A DNA stretch of 64,000 nt from an uncultured Gammaproteobacteria bacterium (lineage in GTDB: Bacteria > Patescibacteriota > Microgenomatia > UBA1406 > GWC2-37-13). The DNA is taken from the NCBI GenBank assembly GCA_964415435.1, contig CAYPZT010000001.1:870-64869 (forward strand), given 5' to 3'. Positions 8,361 to 18,030 of the stretch are shown in pieces. Both the position numbers and the translations under genes were made by a program. The notes below the pieces were generated by a model. It ran no database searches. It worked only from the letters and a program-made list of their open reading frames with translations, and was not told the origin of the DNA. Numbering within the stretch: the stretch's first letter is position 1; the number at the start of each line of letters is the position of its first letter.

Positions 8361-9893
8361 TTACTTTTCTGATTTTGTATACAGCATATCAGCGAGATCT
8401 TCCCACTGGGAAGGTGTCAACGACTCATATCTCTCCTCAAGCACATACAGGCGGGAGGGTTCGCCGACATGATATATCTGCTTATACCGTCTGGAGACTA
8501 CATTTTGAATAAAAGCGCCCATTTCTGATTTTGGATCCAGTCCTGCTTCCAAAAAGAATTCGGGCGGATCACCAGTAAAGGCCGTTCTTATTTCCTTATT
8601 GTAACCGGGGATACGCACAGTCCAGTTATAGTACTCTATGAGCCTCGTCCCGAAATCAATATCTGCCACATAGTGCACTATTGTATCGTTTGGATAAGCC
8701 ACCAGCCGATCTCCATCCTGTTTCATAACACCAATCGCCCTGCCGTATGATTCACTTTCTGAGTAGCCTATGTGGTACTCGTGCTTAGGATCGCGGGCGA
8801 CTGAAAAAAGGTGTACGCTGCCCAGGTAGAGTGCAATCGTTGCAATTAAAAAAACAGACAGGAAGGCTATAGTAATTCTCGCATGATGTACAAACAAACG
8901 ACCCATTCCTTCAATCTCAAGCACTATGAGAAGCCCGATCCACGGCAGGAGATGAAAACTCTGCAGGTCTTTGTTATCGGCTCTGCCGTTCACTATAAAA
9001 AGTAAAATTATGGCGAGAAACCATACGCCTTTCTTTCTGTCCCCACGCATAAGGAAAGTCATAATAGTAATTACAGTGATACTGCAGGCAACAAAAATGC
9101 GCGCAATGTTGTAGGGAGGGAGAAGAAATAGTACAGGTTGGATAAACAGGTTCAAAAAGGAAGTGTGTGAAGAACTGTCGGGAAGAAAATACATGATATT
9201 GTATATGATTGACTCCCGAACGTAGTAAGCGAAAGGCACGAATGTAAAAAGAAGTGTCGCGAGTAATATCTGGGGCACAACTCCGAGAAGAACAATCTTA
9301 AGCTGTCTTCTCCATGCAAAGATAAAAGCAAGATTTAATATGCCTGCGGCCGGCCACAGCGGGAAAAGGGAGAATATACACGTAAAGGAAGCGATACCAA
9401 AAAATAATGCCGTGATTCGTCGATGTAGACGCTCCCTAAAGTACAGTCTAAACAGTATAAATGCCATGAAAACGAATGGATATACCGCAAGCGTTTCCCC
9501 AAGAAGTTTATATCCTGAAAACCAATACTTTAGTATCTCGAAAGGAACGATGAAAAGAAGTGCTGCGGGCCCTAAAAAAAGTATATAAATGATGCTCCAG
9601 CCAAAGGAATAGAGCGCAATCGCCTCTCGTTGACGGGACAAATAGGAGAATAAACTGTTTGGCTTAGTAATAATTTCTACCGAAGCGCTAAATAGATAAT
9701 TAAGCGGCTGGTGATTCAGCTGCATATCACGATAAAGCATTTTTCCTTTGAGCAGGTAGTGTCCGCCCATCATATGCGCTGTCTCATCCCCAAACCGCTC
9801 AGACTGTGCATAGTTATGGGCGAGATACATCATTCCTACGAAGAAAATACAGAGGAATATGGCTGAGATGACAAACTGCTTCCCAAGTCTCAT
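8361..9893 (-). CDS. large polytopic membrane protein, GT-C-like (ArnT/PMT-type glycosyltransferase fold suspected)
   Basis: 510 aa, more than 10 hydrophobic helices followed by a soluble C-terminal domain. Architecture only, no catalytic motif verified. Confidence 0.7.
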   Translation of the reverse strand: MRLGKQFVISAIFLCIFFVGMMYLAHNYAQSERFGDETAHMMGGHYLLKGKMLYRDMQLNHQPLNYLFSASVEIITKPNSLFSYLSRQREAIALYSFGWSIIYILFLGPAALLFIVPFEILKYWFSGYKLLGETLAVYPFVFMAFILFRLYFRERLHRRITALFFGIASFTCIFSLFPLWPAAGILNLAFIFAWRRQLKIVLLGVVPQILLATLLFTFVPFAYYVRESIIYNIMYFLPDSSSHTSFLNLFIQPVLFLLPPYNIARIFVACSITVITIMTFLMRGDRKKGVWFLAIILLFIVNGRADNKDLQSFHLLPWIGLLIVLEIEGMGRLFVHHARITIAFLSVFLIATIALYLGSVHLFSVARDPKHEYHIGYSESESYGRAIGVMKQDGDRLVAYPNDTIVHYVADIDFGTRLIEYYNWTVRIPGYNKEIRTAFTGDPPEFFLEAGLDPKSEMGAFIQNVVSRRYKQIYHVGEPSRLYVLEERYESLTPSQWEDLADMLYTKSEK

Positions 9894-9929
9894 GTATGAA
9901 TACTACCATGAGCCAATATCTACTTCACC

Positions 9930-10664
9930 TTAGAAGTTGTATTTTTTGAAGTCGCACTCCAATGGGTTTCCCTGACAGTAGTAAACAACTGCATTCTTCG
10001 TATCGAAAACAAATGCAGAATGGGTAAAGCATGGATCTTCTTTGCTAGTTGTACATATGGCAGTTTTTTTATGGGCGTTTTTTCTATCTTTTAGAATATT
10101 CATGAGGTCATCTACATTCTGCGCGCTGTTAATGAGTTCTTCTGCCCTATCTTGATGAGTTTTCGACCACTCTTCAAACGAAGTTGATCGATCAAATCCC
10201 AGATTGCGTCGATTCAACTTCAAAAAATGATTGGTCTTTACCGCGGAGGTCATTACTTTTTCTATGAAGTACTCTTCCGGTACAGCTTCTATACCAAAGC
10301 ATTCTTTACTGTCAGCAATAAACATATTGCCTCCTATTCGTGGATTGAATTTCTTAATAATCTCTACTCCTTCTTTGGCTGTAGCAGCATCAAGAATAAG
10401 CCGCACATAGGGCCTCCGAATATAAGAAATCTGATTTTCAGCTACGCCGACATACGTAGACACAAAGGCCACGCCTTTTTCGTTTATACCTCCGTAATAC
10501 CCGTCTTCATTTGGGTTGGGATTTTGAATTATAAGCTTTTTAAATTGATCCGCTTTTGTATTGAAAAGTCTTATCTCATCATCCCATCTCATCCACTCGA
10601 CCGGGTCACGAGTTTTCATAAGAAACCATCCTTCGTCAAGCTTTTTTGCGCCTGTTGTACACAT
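9930..10664 (-). CDS. Ntn-hydrolase, peptidase C45 / acyl-CoA:6-APA acyltransferase-like family
   Basis: Met-Cys N-terminus (MCTTG...), i.e. Cys nucleophile exposed after Met removal; size and pattern typical of the C45/carcinine hydrolase family. Confidence 0.7.
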   Translation of the reverse strand: MCTTGAKKLDEGWFLMKTRDPVEWMRWDDEIRLFNTKADQFKKLIIQNPNPNEDGYYGGINEKGVAFVSTYVGVAENQISYIRRPYVRLILDAATAKEGVEIIKKFNPRIGGNMFIADSKECFGIEAVPEEYFIEKVMTSAVKTNHFLKLNRRNLGFDRSTSFEEWSKTHQDRAEELINSAQNVDDLMNILKDRKNAHKKTAICTTSKEDPCFTHSAFVFDTKNAVVYYCQGNPLECDFKKYNF

Positions 10665-10704
10665 ATGAAGGGTAGTATAGGTTGGATGTGTGAAAGTGTC
10701 AAAG

Positions 10705-10733
10705 TTGACGAACAGTGTCGACAGTGGTAGACT
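10705..10733 (+). promoter_or_regulatory. sigma70-type promoter TTGACG-17-TAGACT, 6 nt before ATG 10740 (leaderless geometry)
   Basis: TTGACG 10705-10710, TAGACT 10728-10733. Confidence 0.6.
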
Positions 10734-10739
10734 ATCTGC

Positions 10740-11612
10740 ATGAATTCGATTCAGTCAACCCTCAAGGAATTCGGCCTCACGCCAAACGAAACTATAATCT
10801 ATCTTGCCTCCCTCAAGGAGGATAACCTTTCTCCCTTCAAGCTCGCCAAAATTACAAATATTCCAAGAACAACTATTTATGAAATTCTCATGTCTCTATC
10901 TCTGAAGGGACTCGTAACGCTCGAGCAAAGTGACGGATTCACTAAGCAACAGACCAGAGTGAGGGCCAAAAATCCATCCATACTTCGTGAAATTATATGG
11001 GAAAAGAGGAAAAAGCTGTCAAACTTGGAATTTGATATCGTGAACATCCTACCCGAACTGAAAGAAGACTATCATCAGGAAAAAAGCGGAGCTGATTTCC
11101 GATTTTATCCAGGTATTGATGGAGTAAAGAAAGTGTATTTTGAAGAATATGCTCGTGATACTCACGTTCCCATATATGCATTTGAAAATTTAATGCCTAT
11201 GGATGTATTTGGAAGGAAAGAGACTAATAAGGATGTCGCAAAGAGCCTTATTCAAGGAGTCCAGAAAGGTATAGAAATAAATGAACTCGTTGGTCTGAGC
11301 GAATGGGCGAAGCATGTTCTTTCCTATCAGTATGGCCGTGACAAAGAATATATAAAAACTCGAAGAATCCGAATAATCGAAAGCTCCAGCTTTTTTCTCA
11401 ATCAACGCATAGTAATTCATGGCAACTATGTACGTATAAGTACTGCAAAGGAAAGTGAGGTGTGGGGACTTATTATGAAAAGTCCAATGCTAGCAAGAAG
11501 TTTGGAGTCTATATTTAAGACTCTTTGGGTATATGGAGAACCTGTCACTCCTCATCTTATAGAGTCATGGGGAAAAAACGACTTTCTGGAAAGCGAAAAA
11601 AGAAGAAAATAG
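10740..11612 (+). CDS. TrmB family transcriptional regulator
   Basis: N-terminal winged HTH: LKEFGLTPNETIIYLASL...FKLAKITNIPRTTIYEILMSLSLKGLV, plus a ~200-aa C-terminal effector-like domain. Confidence 0.85.
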   Translation: MNSIQSTLKEFGLTPNETIIYLASLKEDNLSPFKLAKITNIPRTTIYEILMSLSLKGLVTLEQSDGFTKQQTRVRAKNPSILREIIWEKRKKLSNLEFDIVNILPELKEDYHQEKSGADFRFYPGIDGVKKVYFEEYARDTHVPIYAFENLMPMDVFGRKETNKDVAKSLIQGVQKGIEINELVGLSEWAKHVLSYQYGRDKEYIKTRRIRIIESSSFFLNQRIVIHGNYVRISTAKESEVWGLIMKSPMLARSLESIFKTLWVYGEPVTPHLIESWGKNDFLESEKRRK

Positions 11613-11631
11613 AATGAATGTTCTATTTTTT
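11610..11631 (+). terminator. weak hairpin + T-run overlapping the TrmB stop codon
   Basis: TAGAA (11610-11614) / TTCTA (11621-11625) 5-bp stem, 6-nt loop, then TTTTTT. Confidence 0.35.
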
Positions 11632-11705
11632 ACATCAATGGTCGAACGTATAATATAGGATAGTTTCCGATTCTAATTATTGAGATTACTACATCACAAA
11701 AACCG

Positions 11706-12017
11706 TTATTTACCCTTCCACTGGGAACGTGAGAGATCTACGTTTTCTTTTATAAAAAATACGCCTTCCTTCAGAAGCATTCTTTGTTTTCCCGCAATCC
11801 CGCCTTTGCCGGAGTAACCAGTCAATGCGCCATTTGACGCCACAACGCGATGGCATGGCGTATGCGGCGCATCCGGATTGGTTCGCATATACATTCCTAT
11901 TGCCCGAGCTGCTTTTGGTTTCCCCGCAAGTTTGGCAAGCTGACCGTATGTCACAACCTTACCTTTAGGAATGGCACGGGTTATAGAATACACTCTGTCT
12001 TTAAACGTCTTAAGCAT
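11706..12017 (-). CDS. MGMT family protein (methylated-DNA-protein-cysteine methyltransferase DNA-binding/active-site domain only)
   Basis: IPKGKVVTYGQLA...PCHRVV active-site motif; 103 aa. Confidence 0.9.
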   Translation of the reverse strand: MLKTFKDRVYSITRAIPKGKVVTYGQLAKLAGKPKAARAIGMYMRTNPDAPHTPCHRVVASNGALTGYSGKGGIAGKQRMLLKEGVFFIKENVDLSRSQWKGK

Positions 12018-12020
12018 AGA

Positions 12021-12668
12021 TTATTGTGCTGGAGGCATGTACTTTTTCAGGTCATCCATGTTGAAGCCTGAGGGGATGGCACCCGTTGGCATCATCTTGT
12101 TCACGTTCTCCATCATTGATGAGAGATCCTGGAAAGTTACATCCGTTGGGGGAACGAATAGACTATCAGCCACGGTCGCCGGTTTACAGGCGTCCTTATA
12201 TTTCTCGATCTGAGCCATAAATGACTCTTCCTTAGTATGTGTATCTTCGGAGACCTCATTTTCCATCATGCCGCTTGGCTTTACCTGAGGAGTGACATTA
12301 AGCTCGTCGGGCAAGGTAAACACCGTCCCTTTTTTTGTAACAGGGTTCCAGTTGTAAATCTTTTTATCCTTCATAATCATGAAGACTTGACCTTCCGTAT
12401 CGTCTGCAGAGGTTACCTCTGTACGGACCGCGCCTGCCTTTATATATGTTTTTGAGGTAGTACCCTCCTTATCTGTATAGTTACACTCCAAGCTTAACGA
12501 TTTATTCAGCGCGTCCTGGATCGAAGTAAAGGCAAGTTTATCCTCTACTTGGTCTTTTACCGTCTCCATCATATTTTGAGGACTCATTTTATCTTTCTGG
12601 GAAAGCAGGAAAACACCACCACCGACCAAAAGCACGACGAGCACGATTACAGGAAGTAGTTTGTTCAT
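12021..12668 (-). CDS. membrane-anchored exported protein, function unknown
   Basis: N-terminal anchor LLPVIVLVVLLVGGGVFLL followed by a hydrophilic ~185-aa domain. Confidence 0.7.
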   Translation of the reverse strand: MNKLLPVIVLVVLLVGGGVFLLSQKDKMSPQNMMETVKDQVEDKLAFTSIQDALNKSLSLECNYTDKEGTTSKTYIKAGAVRTEVTSADDTEGQVFMIMKDKKIYNWNPVTKKGTVFTLPDELNVTPQVKPSGMMENEVSEDTHTKEESFMAQIEKYKDACKPATVADSLFVPPTDVTFQDLSSMMENVNKMMPTGAIPSGFNMDDLKKYMPPAQ

Positions 12669-12723
12669 ATAGCGGGATTATAATCCCGATACAAAAAGAT
12701 TGTCAAGTGTCAGCGGATTTACA

Positions 12724-12909
12724 CTATTCCCACGCCTTACCCTGCTTTTGAAGATAGTGATCATACGCCTCCTCGAGTCCGGCCAGCACTTCATAGGAAG
12801 TTGAGCAAAGAGCCGCACATTTCGGATCGGTTGCCTCCCCCGCGTGTGCCTCAGCTTTGTCACGCGCCTCACGGATTAGCTTATGAATCTCATCAGCTTT
12901 ATTCTCCAT
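12724..12909 (-). CDS. 61-aa helical small protein, unknown
   Basis: Track ORF MENKADEIHKLIREARDKAEAH...; protein-like composition; sits directly downstream of the 42-aa ORF. Confidence 0.45.
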   Translation of the reverse strand: MENKADEIHKLIREARDKAEAHAGEATDPKCAALCSTSYEVLAGLEEAYDHYLQKQGKAWE

Positions 12910-12936
12910 CTTATTTAGTTTAATTTTTAATTAATT

Positions 12937-13065
12937 CTACGCTTTGTGCTTGAAATACTCGATCTGCTGAAGGCGGTGCTCTGCTTCTTCTTTCGTTCTG
13001 TAGGTTCCCATATTGCGGCCTGTTTCAGACACCACCCTGTATCCGTCTCTTACTTTTTTAATCAT
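12937..13065 (-). CDS. 42-aa small basic protein, unknown
   Basis: Own translation MIKKVRDGYRVVSETGRNMGTYRTKEEAEHRLQQIEYFKHKA; below the track's length cut-off; no clear SD. Confidence 0.4.
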   Translation of the reverse strand: MIKKVRDGYRVVSETGRNMGTYRTKEEAEHRLQQIEYFKHKA

Positions 13066-13153
13066 AAGGATTAAAAAACTTGTAAACGATATGTACTATG
13101 TTAAAGAAAGTTAATCAAAAATCTGCAAGAACCAGGCAAGAAAAGAAGAAGAA

Positions 13154-13741
13154 TTATACGTCGCGGACATAATAACGAATTTCATATTCAGAAGGCTCTA
13201 AAATATTATAAAGGTAGGTTATATCCTCATCGGCATGTCTCACGCATCCCGAACTCCCCGGATCTTGCAAAGATAACTTTTCCATGTCTCCTGCCACGCC
13301 GTGAAGACCAAAGTAACCGGGCACTTCCCAGTTGCACTGTCCATCACATTCTTTGTACGGAGCCGGCCCATATGGTTCTTCACTTGGAACAGGAACATCA
13401 AGTACGAGAAAGTAAGGTGCCGTCTCAGGATTATCCGCTGATTCGAGTTTATCGGTTATCAGCCAGTAGTCACGGCCGACCAGTTGAGGTAAAGGGGTTG
13501 GTTTTTCACCGGGAATTCCTGTTTTTACCTGAAATCTCTTGATAAGCGTACTTTTAGCTATTTCCCCCGGCACTCCTTTGTAGAGAAACTCTCTGTTTGA
13601 TTTCCTGTGAAGCAGCATCCAGTATTCGTTTGGGGGCTTGACTGGTTCTTGTACCAGGGCTGGCTGAGCCATAGATTTAACAATAAACGCCCCTGCCAAA
13701 AGAATAAAACAGACGAAAGTAAAGAAAACTAATTTACGCAT
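13154..13741 (-). CDS. L,D-transpeptidase (YkuD domain)
   Basis: Signal anchor plus the catalytic motif GLHGV...SSGCVRH. Confidence 0.85.
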   Translation of the reverse strand: MRKLVFFTFVCFILLAGAFIVKSMAQPALVQEPVKPPNEYWMLLHRKSNREFLYKGVPGEIAKSTLIKRFQVKTGIPGEKPTPLPQLVGRDYWLITDKLESADNPETAPYFLVLDVPVPSEEPYGPAPYKECDGQCNWEVPGYFGLHGVAGDMEKLSLQDPGSSGCVRHADEDITYLYNILEPSEYEIRYYVRDV

Positions 13742-13792
13742 GGGTCAAATTCTATCAAAAATATAATATAGCTCTGTTAGAATAGCCACACC

Positions 13793-14878
13793 ATGAAAAA
13801 GGCACTTATTCTCCTTGTTGTGGCTATATTAGGGGGTCTTGCTGTCTTTGGCTTCATGTCAAACAGGCAGACTGAACCGCTTATTTTCAAAATAAGCCGT
13901 CCCCTGCCGTCCTCGACACCTGTGCCACCTACTCCCATTCCGTTGCCCGAGGCTAAAATACTACCGAGCACCTATCAAGTATTCCAAAGCTTTAATAACT
14001 GTGGCCCTGCCGCCCTATCCATGACTCTTTACTTTTATGGCATAACTAAATCTCAAGCTGAGCTTGGTCAGGCACTACGCCCCTTTCAGAATCAGGCCGG
14101 TGATAATGACGATAAATCGGTAACGCTGTATGAGCTTGGCGAGCATGCTCGGGAATATGGATTCATTCCCTTTTATAGACCTGCGGGCTCGATTGAAACC
14201 ATCAAGAAATCTATCGCCATGGGGTTTCCGGTTGTCACACGCACCTGGCTTCAGGCAAATGAAGATATAGGTCATTTTAGAGTTGTGAAAGGTTATGACG
14301 ATCGTACAGAAACACTCCTGCAGGATGATTCTCTTCAAGGACATGATCTTACTTATTCCTATAGTGACTTTAACGATATCTGGAAAAAATTTAACTATGA
14401 ATATCTAATCCTCGTTCCCCAAGACCAAGAAGCGGTGGCTCAAACTATCCTGGGCGAAGATATAGACAGTAATCTTGCTTGGCAAAAAGCCGTAGATATG
14501 TCGAGTGATGAGCTTTCTGCAAATCCAAATGATATATATGCACGATTTAATCTCTCTGTTGCCTACTACCATCTGGGCGACTATCAGAAATCCGTTTCTG
14601 AATTCGAAAACGTTGAAGCACAGCTTCCGGCTCGTACCCTCTGGTATCAGATCGAACCCATTGAGGCCTATGCAAAACTTGGGAACGATGCAAAAGTTTT
14701 CGCAATAACCGACCGCATTCTCAATAACCACAACCGAGCATTTTCAGAACTTTATCTCTTACGAGGTGAACTATACAAAAAACAGGGAAATACTGAAGCA
14801 GCAAGGCAAGAGTTCGAACGCGCAGTCTTTTATAACTCAAATATGAAGGCGGCTCGGGAAGCACTCCAGTCCTTATAA
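13793..14878 (+). CDS. membrane-anchored peptidase C39-like domain protein with C-terminal TPR repeats
   Basis: Anchor, PT linker (PSSTPVPPTPIPLP), Q-x5-C motif (QSFNNCGPAALSMTL), GHFRVVKGYDD His, then TPR-like repeats (YARFNLSVAYYHLGDYQKS...). Confidence 0.8.
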   Translation: MKKALILLVVAILGGLAVFGFMSNRQTEPLIFKISRPLPSSTPVPPTPIPLPEAKILPSTYQVFQSFNNCGPAALSMTLYFYGITKSQAELGQALRPFQNQAGDNDDKSVTLYELGEHAREYGFIPFYRPAGSIETIKKSIAMGFPVVTRTWLQANEDIGHFRVVKGYDDRTETLLQDDSLQGHDLTYSYSDFNDIWKKFNYEYLILVPQDQEAVAQTILGEDIDSNLAWQKAVDMSSDELSANPNDIYARFNLSVAYYHLGDYQKSVSEFENVEAQLPARTLWYQIEPIEAYAKLGNDAKVFAITDRILNNHNRAFSELYLLRGELYKKQGNTEAARQEFERAVFYNSNMKAAREALQSL

Positions 14879-15919
14879 ATTCTCTCTGAAAAACTCGGCG
14901 GTATTTTGCATCGCCTCGTTGAAGCTCGTTCCTGATATATTGTGCCCGCCACTCGTGTATTCATGCAGTTCGTGTTTGACCTGAGTCTCGTCTAACAGTT
15001 TATTGAGATCACGGCTGTAGTTTATGGAGACCACCTCGTCATTTACCGCGTGGTTTATCTGTATCGCCCCTTTTATATCATTCAAGAAATTTGTAGGAGC
15101 CATGAGTCTCCAAAACTCATTATTATTTGAAGGTTCTCCATATATATCACGAATCCTCTGTCTTCGACTCGCGCGCTCCGTAGCTTGTGGTTGTGCCGGA
15201 GGCTGATAACTTGAATCTGAAATACCATACTTAGCCATATCTTCATAGGTGTAGACGGCGCCAGCCCATATCACGACAGCCGGAATATCTGGTTGAGCGG
15301 CAAGACTTCGCATAACTACATTTCCCGCCATACTATGCCCCCATAACCCGATCTTGTCCGGATTTACAAAATCTGTCCCTTGAAGAGCTTTACGCGCACT
15401 TAACGCATCGATTACATAGTCTGCTGAATAATATGCGCCTCCCGGCTCACCTTCTGAGGTACCATGACCACGAAGATCGATCTTGAATACTACAAATCCG
15501 TTTCGGGCAAGATAATCTACATAGTCATAGTAGTTACTATTTGTGTTGTACTGGGAAGGTGGAATATACCCGTGAATAAAAATAATTGCCGGCCAGCCTC
15601 CTTCAGGCATCGTGCCTTTTGGCTGAGTAAGAAGTCCGTTTACCTTAAACCCATCCGAGGTATAACTTGTGAGATACGCTGTGTAGTTGGCGTTATCATA
15701 GCTCATGGCCCGCTCACCAAGGCTACTCTCATAGCTTCTTTGACGAAGATATGGGATGGTGTATTCGCTAAACTCAAATGGTGTCGGTGTGGGAGTAACG
15801 GTCTCTTTTTTTATAATGGAGGCAAAACTCAGGGGACCTGTTTTTTTCTCATGCACAAATGCGAAGTACAACACTCCCGCAACAACAATTCCCAGTAGTA
15901 CTGCTAACCAGATCTTCAT
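14873..15919 (-). CDS. alpha/beta hydrolase, S9 prolyl-oligopeptidase/dienelactone-hydrolase-like (paralog A)
   Basis: Anchor + PT linker; nucleophile elbow GLWGHSMAGN; C-terminal ...GGHNI His. Confidence 0.85.
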   Translation of the reverse strand: MKIWLAVLLGIVVAGVLYFAFVHEKKTGPLSFASIIKKETVTPTPTPFEFSEYTIPYLRQRSYESSLGERAMSYDNANYTAYLTSYTSDGFKVNGLLTQPKGTMPEGGWPAIIFIHGYIPPSQYNTNSNYYDYVDYLARNGFVVFKIDLRGHGTSEGEPGGAYYSADYVIDALSARKALQGTDFVNPDKIGLWGHSMAGNVVMRSLAAQPDIPAVVIWAGAVYTYEDMAKYGISDSSYQPPAQPQATERASRRQRIRDIYGEPSNNNEFWRLMAPTNFLNDIKGAIQINHAVNDEVVSINYSRDLNKLLDETQVKHELHEYTSGGHNISGTSFNEAMQNTAEFFRENL

Positions 15920-16965
15920 TATTTTAGATACGTATCAAAGAACGCGACCGAACGGTCAAGCGCAACTCCTAAGTTATTAGCAATATTATGATCATCTCCT
16001 TCATATATATAAAGCTCTACCGGCTTCCCTGCTGCTTTCAGCTCTTTTTCCAGATTTTCACTAAACGCAACCGGTACCGATGTGTCGGCGGTACCGTGAT
16101 GAAGCTGAATAGGCCCGGAAATATCTTTAAGATATGCGTTTGCAGAGATTGAGTTCCAAAACTCCGGATTATCTTCCGGCTCACCATAGTCGTTAACCAG
16201 TTCCTGTCTCCACCCACGAGCTGTAGCACCAGGTGGAGGCGAGGTAACCCTTCTTCTCCAGTTATTGAGAAGGTCTGAATATGAAGCCACTACTCCTGCC
16301 CAGATAACTCCGGCTTTAATATCTTTCCGCGTCACCATATTCCGCACCGTTACATGACCTCCCATACTATGTCCCCACATGCCAATTCTTGCGGGATCAG
16401 CATCTTTATATTTTTTAATTGAAGATACTGCATTTAAAACATCTATCGTATAACCATTGCTGCCATATCCACCGCTTGCGGTGCCCTCTGATGACCCATG
16501 TCCACGATAATCTGGTCTAAAGAGTATGTATCCGTTTCGCGAGAATGCGTCTGTATAGGCAATATATCTTTCTGTTGTCCGGTACTCTGCCGGTGGAATG
16601 TAGCCATGATTAAAGACAATGACAGGCCAACCTGTGGCAGGTTTTTCTCCCTGAGGAACAGTGAGAAGTGCGTAGATTTTTAATCCCTCTGATTGATAGG
16701 AGGTGAGATACCGATCATAGTTACTGCCTGGAGCAAGGACTTCTTCGATAACAATATCACTTCCAGGATATGTTCCGCCGCGAAGTGCATCAATAGACAA
16801 GGGGTGTGCTGCGCCTAGACCACCTAAGTCACTTTCGGGAAGGGCATTCTCTGCCATATTTTGTGCCTTACCCATAAAGTCTGTGTGTAAAGAGAGAGTG
16901 CGGAAGCCGTATACCGCACCTATTGCGAGAATAAAAGCAATGGCTATTACTACAATTTTTTTCAT
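15919..16965 (-). CDS. alpha/beta hydrolase, S9-like (paralog B, tandem duplicate)
   Basis: Same length (348 aa) and collinear motifs with the neighbour: HGYIPP, RGHG(S/T)SEG, GMWGHSMGGH, YGEPxxNxEFW, DDHNI. Confidence 0.85.
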   Translation of the reverse strand: MKKIVVIAIAFILAIGAVYGFRTLSLHTDFMGKAQNMAENALPESDLGGLGAAHPLSIDALRGGTYPGSDIVIEEVLAPGSNYDRYLTSYQSEGLKIYALLTVPQGEKPATGWPVIVFNHGYIPPAEYRTTERYIAYTDAFSRNGYILFRPDYRGHGSSEGTASGGYGSNGYTIDVLNAVSSIKKYKDADPARIGMWGHSMGGHVTVRNMVTRKDIKAGVIWAGVVASYSDLLNNWRRRVTSPPPGATARGWRQELVNDYGEPEDNPEFWNSISANAYLKDISGPIQLHHGTADTSVPVAFSENLEKELKAAGKPVELYIYEGDDHNIANNLGVALDRSVAFFDTYLK

Positions 16966-17024
16966 CCTGTAATTCTTACCCGTAGGACTGGGTTAAGTTA
17001 TCATTATAGCAGAAATTGCGTTTC

Positions 17025-17378
17025 TTATCCTGCGCTCACTCCATTGGGAACTGGTTTTTCCACGATAGCAAGAACAGGTGTTATTTCATTTGAATATCCG
17101 ACATCAAAAATCATTCCCTCTGACATCTCTCCCATCATCTTCTTAGGCTCAAGATTCACGACAAAAAGTGCCTGCTTTCCGACTACCTCTTGCACATTTT
17201 CCCGCTCTTTTTTCATTCCAACGAGAATTTTTCTTTTAAACTCCCCGAAGTCGACTATTAGACGAACCAGCTTATCTGATCCTTCGACATCTTCAACTTT
17301 TTCAATGAGTCCTACTCGAATATCTATTTTTTCTAAATCCCGAAATGTGATAGTCGGTTTTATCGGTAAAAGTTTCAT
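17025..17378 (-). CDS. tRNA-binding domain protein (CsaA/EMAP-like)
   Basis: DIRVGLIEKVEDVEGSDKLVRLIVDFGE...ALFVVNLEPKKMMGEMSEGM is the OB-fold tRNA-binding domain pattern. Confidence 0.85.
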   Translation of the reverse strand: MKLLPIKPTITFRDLEKIDIRVGLIEKVEDVEGSDKLVRLIVDFGEFKRKILVGMKKERENVQEVVGKQALFVVNLEPKKMMGEMSEGMIFDVGYSNEITPVLAIVEKPVPNGVSAG

Positions 17379-18022
17379 ATCATCTTTATTAAATCATAAA
17401 GCGCACGTGCCACTTTTTCATGCCCATCGGGATCAAAATGAAGTCCGTCTTTTTTACTAGAATGAACAACAACTGATAGGTCAACACATTCAACGGTATA
17501 TTGATCTGCCAATACTCTATACCGAGGTCCGAGCTCCTGGGACAGTAACCCGGCACCCTTATAATTTGATATTACTCCTGGAGCTGATTCATCTATATAC
17601 GCTGGCGAAACAAGAATAACTCTCGAGGATTTATTGTTTGAATTAAATGCAATCTCTCTTACTATTTTTAAAAGCTCCTCAATCCCCTCTATAACCTGAT
17701 CTATGCTTTTTCCGTATCTTTCCTTAAGATCATTTGTTCCTAAAGCCAAAATTACGATATCAAGAGGTAAATGAGATTCTAAGGCAATTGGTAAGAATGT
17801 TTTTCCGTTCCGTCCATATCGTTTATCATCATCTATAATGGTAGTTCTTCCGCCTAACCCTTCTTCGATTATTTCGTAGTCATTTCCGAGAAGATTTTGA
17901 AGTACGCCTGTCCAGCGTATATTTGAATCATACCGTCCTGTGCCTTGGCTTCCAGGAACAGTTCCTTTCGTATTTGAATCACCGTAGCAGAGAATGCGGA
18001 CTGCGTTGGGATTGGTGTTCAT
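17375..18022 (-). CDS. SGNH/GDSL hydrolase (arylesterase-like)
   Basis: Block I ILCYGDSNTKG, block III GTND, C-terminal DGLHFD (DxxH). Confidence 0.85.
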   Translation of the reverse strand: MNTNPNAVRILCYGDSNTKGTVPGSQGTGRYDSNIRWTGVLQNLLGNDYEIIEEGLGGRTTIIDDDKRYGRNGKTFLPIALESHLPLDIVILALGTNDLKERYGKSIDQVIEGIEELLKIVREIAFNSNNKSSRVILVSPAYIDESAPGVISNYKGAGLLSQELGPRYRVLADQYTVECVDLSVVVHSSKKDGLHFDPDGHEKVARALYDLIKMI

Positions 18023-18030
18023 TAGAAAAA

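Noticed and set aside
10227-10730. 167-aa plus-strand ORF
   Set aside because: It is antisense to the Ntn-hydrolase gene. The same applies to other long antisense ORFs at 4966..5469, 15464..15898, 27862..28392, 39499..39894 and 17044..17460, each opposite a gene with clear motifs.
12678-12872. 64-aa minus-strand ORF overlapping the 61-aa ORF 12724..12909 in another frame
   Set aside because: Its Arg-rich, low-complexity translation looks less protein-like than the helical 61-aa alternative. Only one of the two can be real, and I kept the latter at low confidence.
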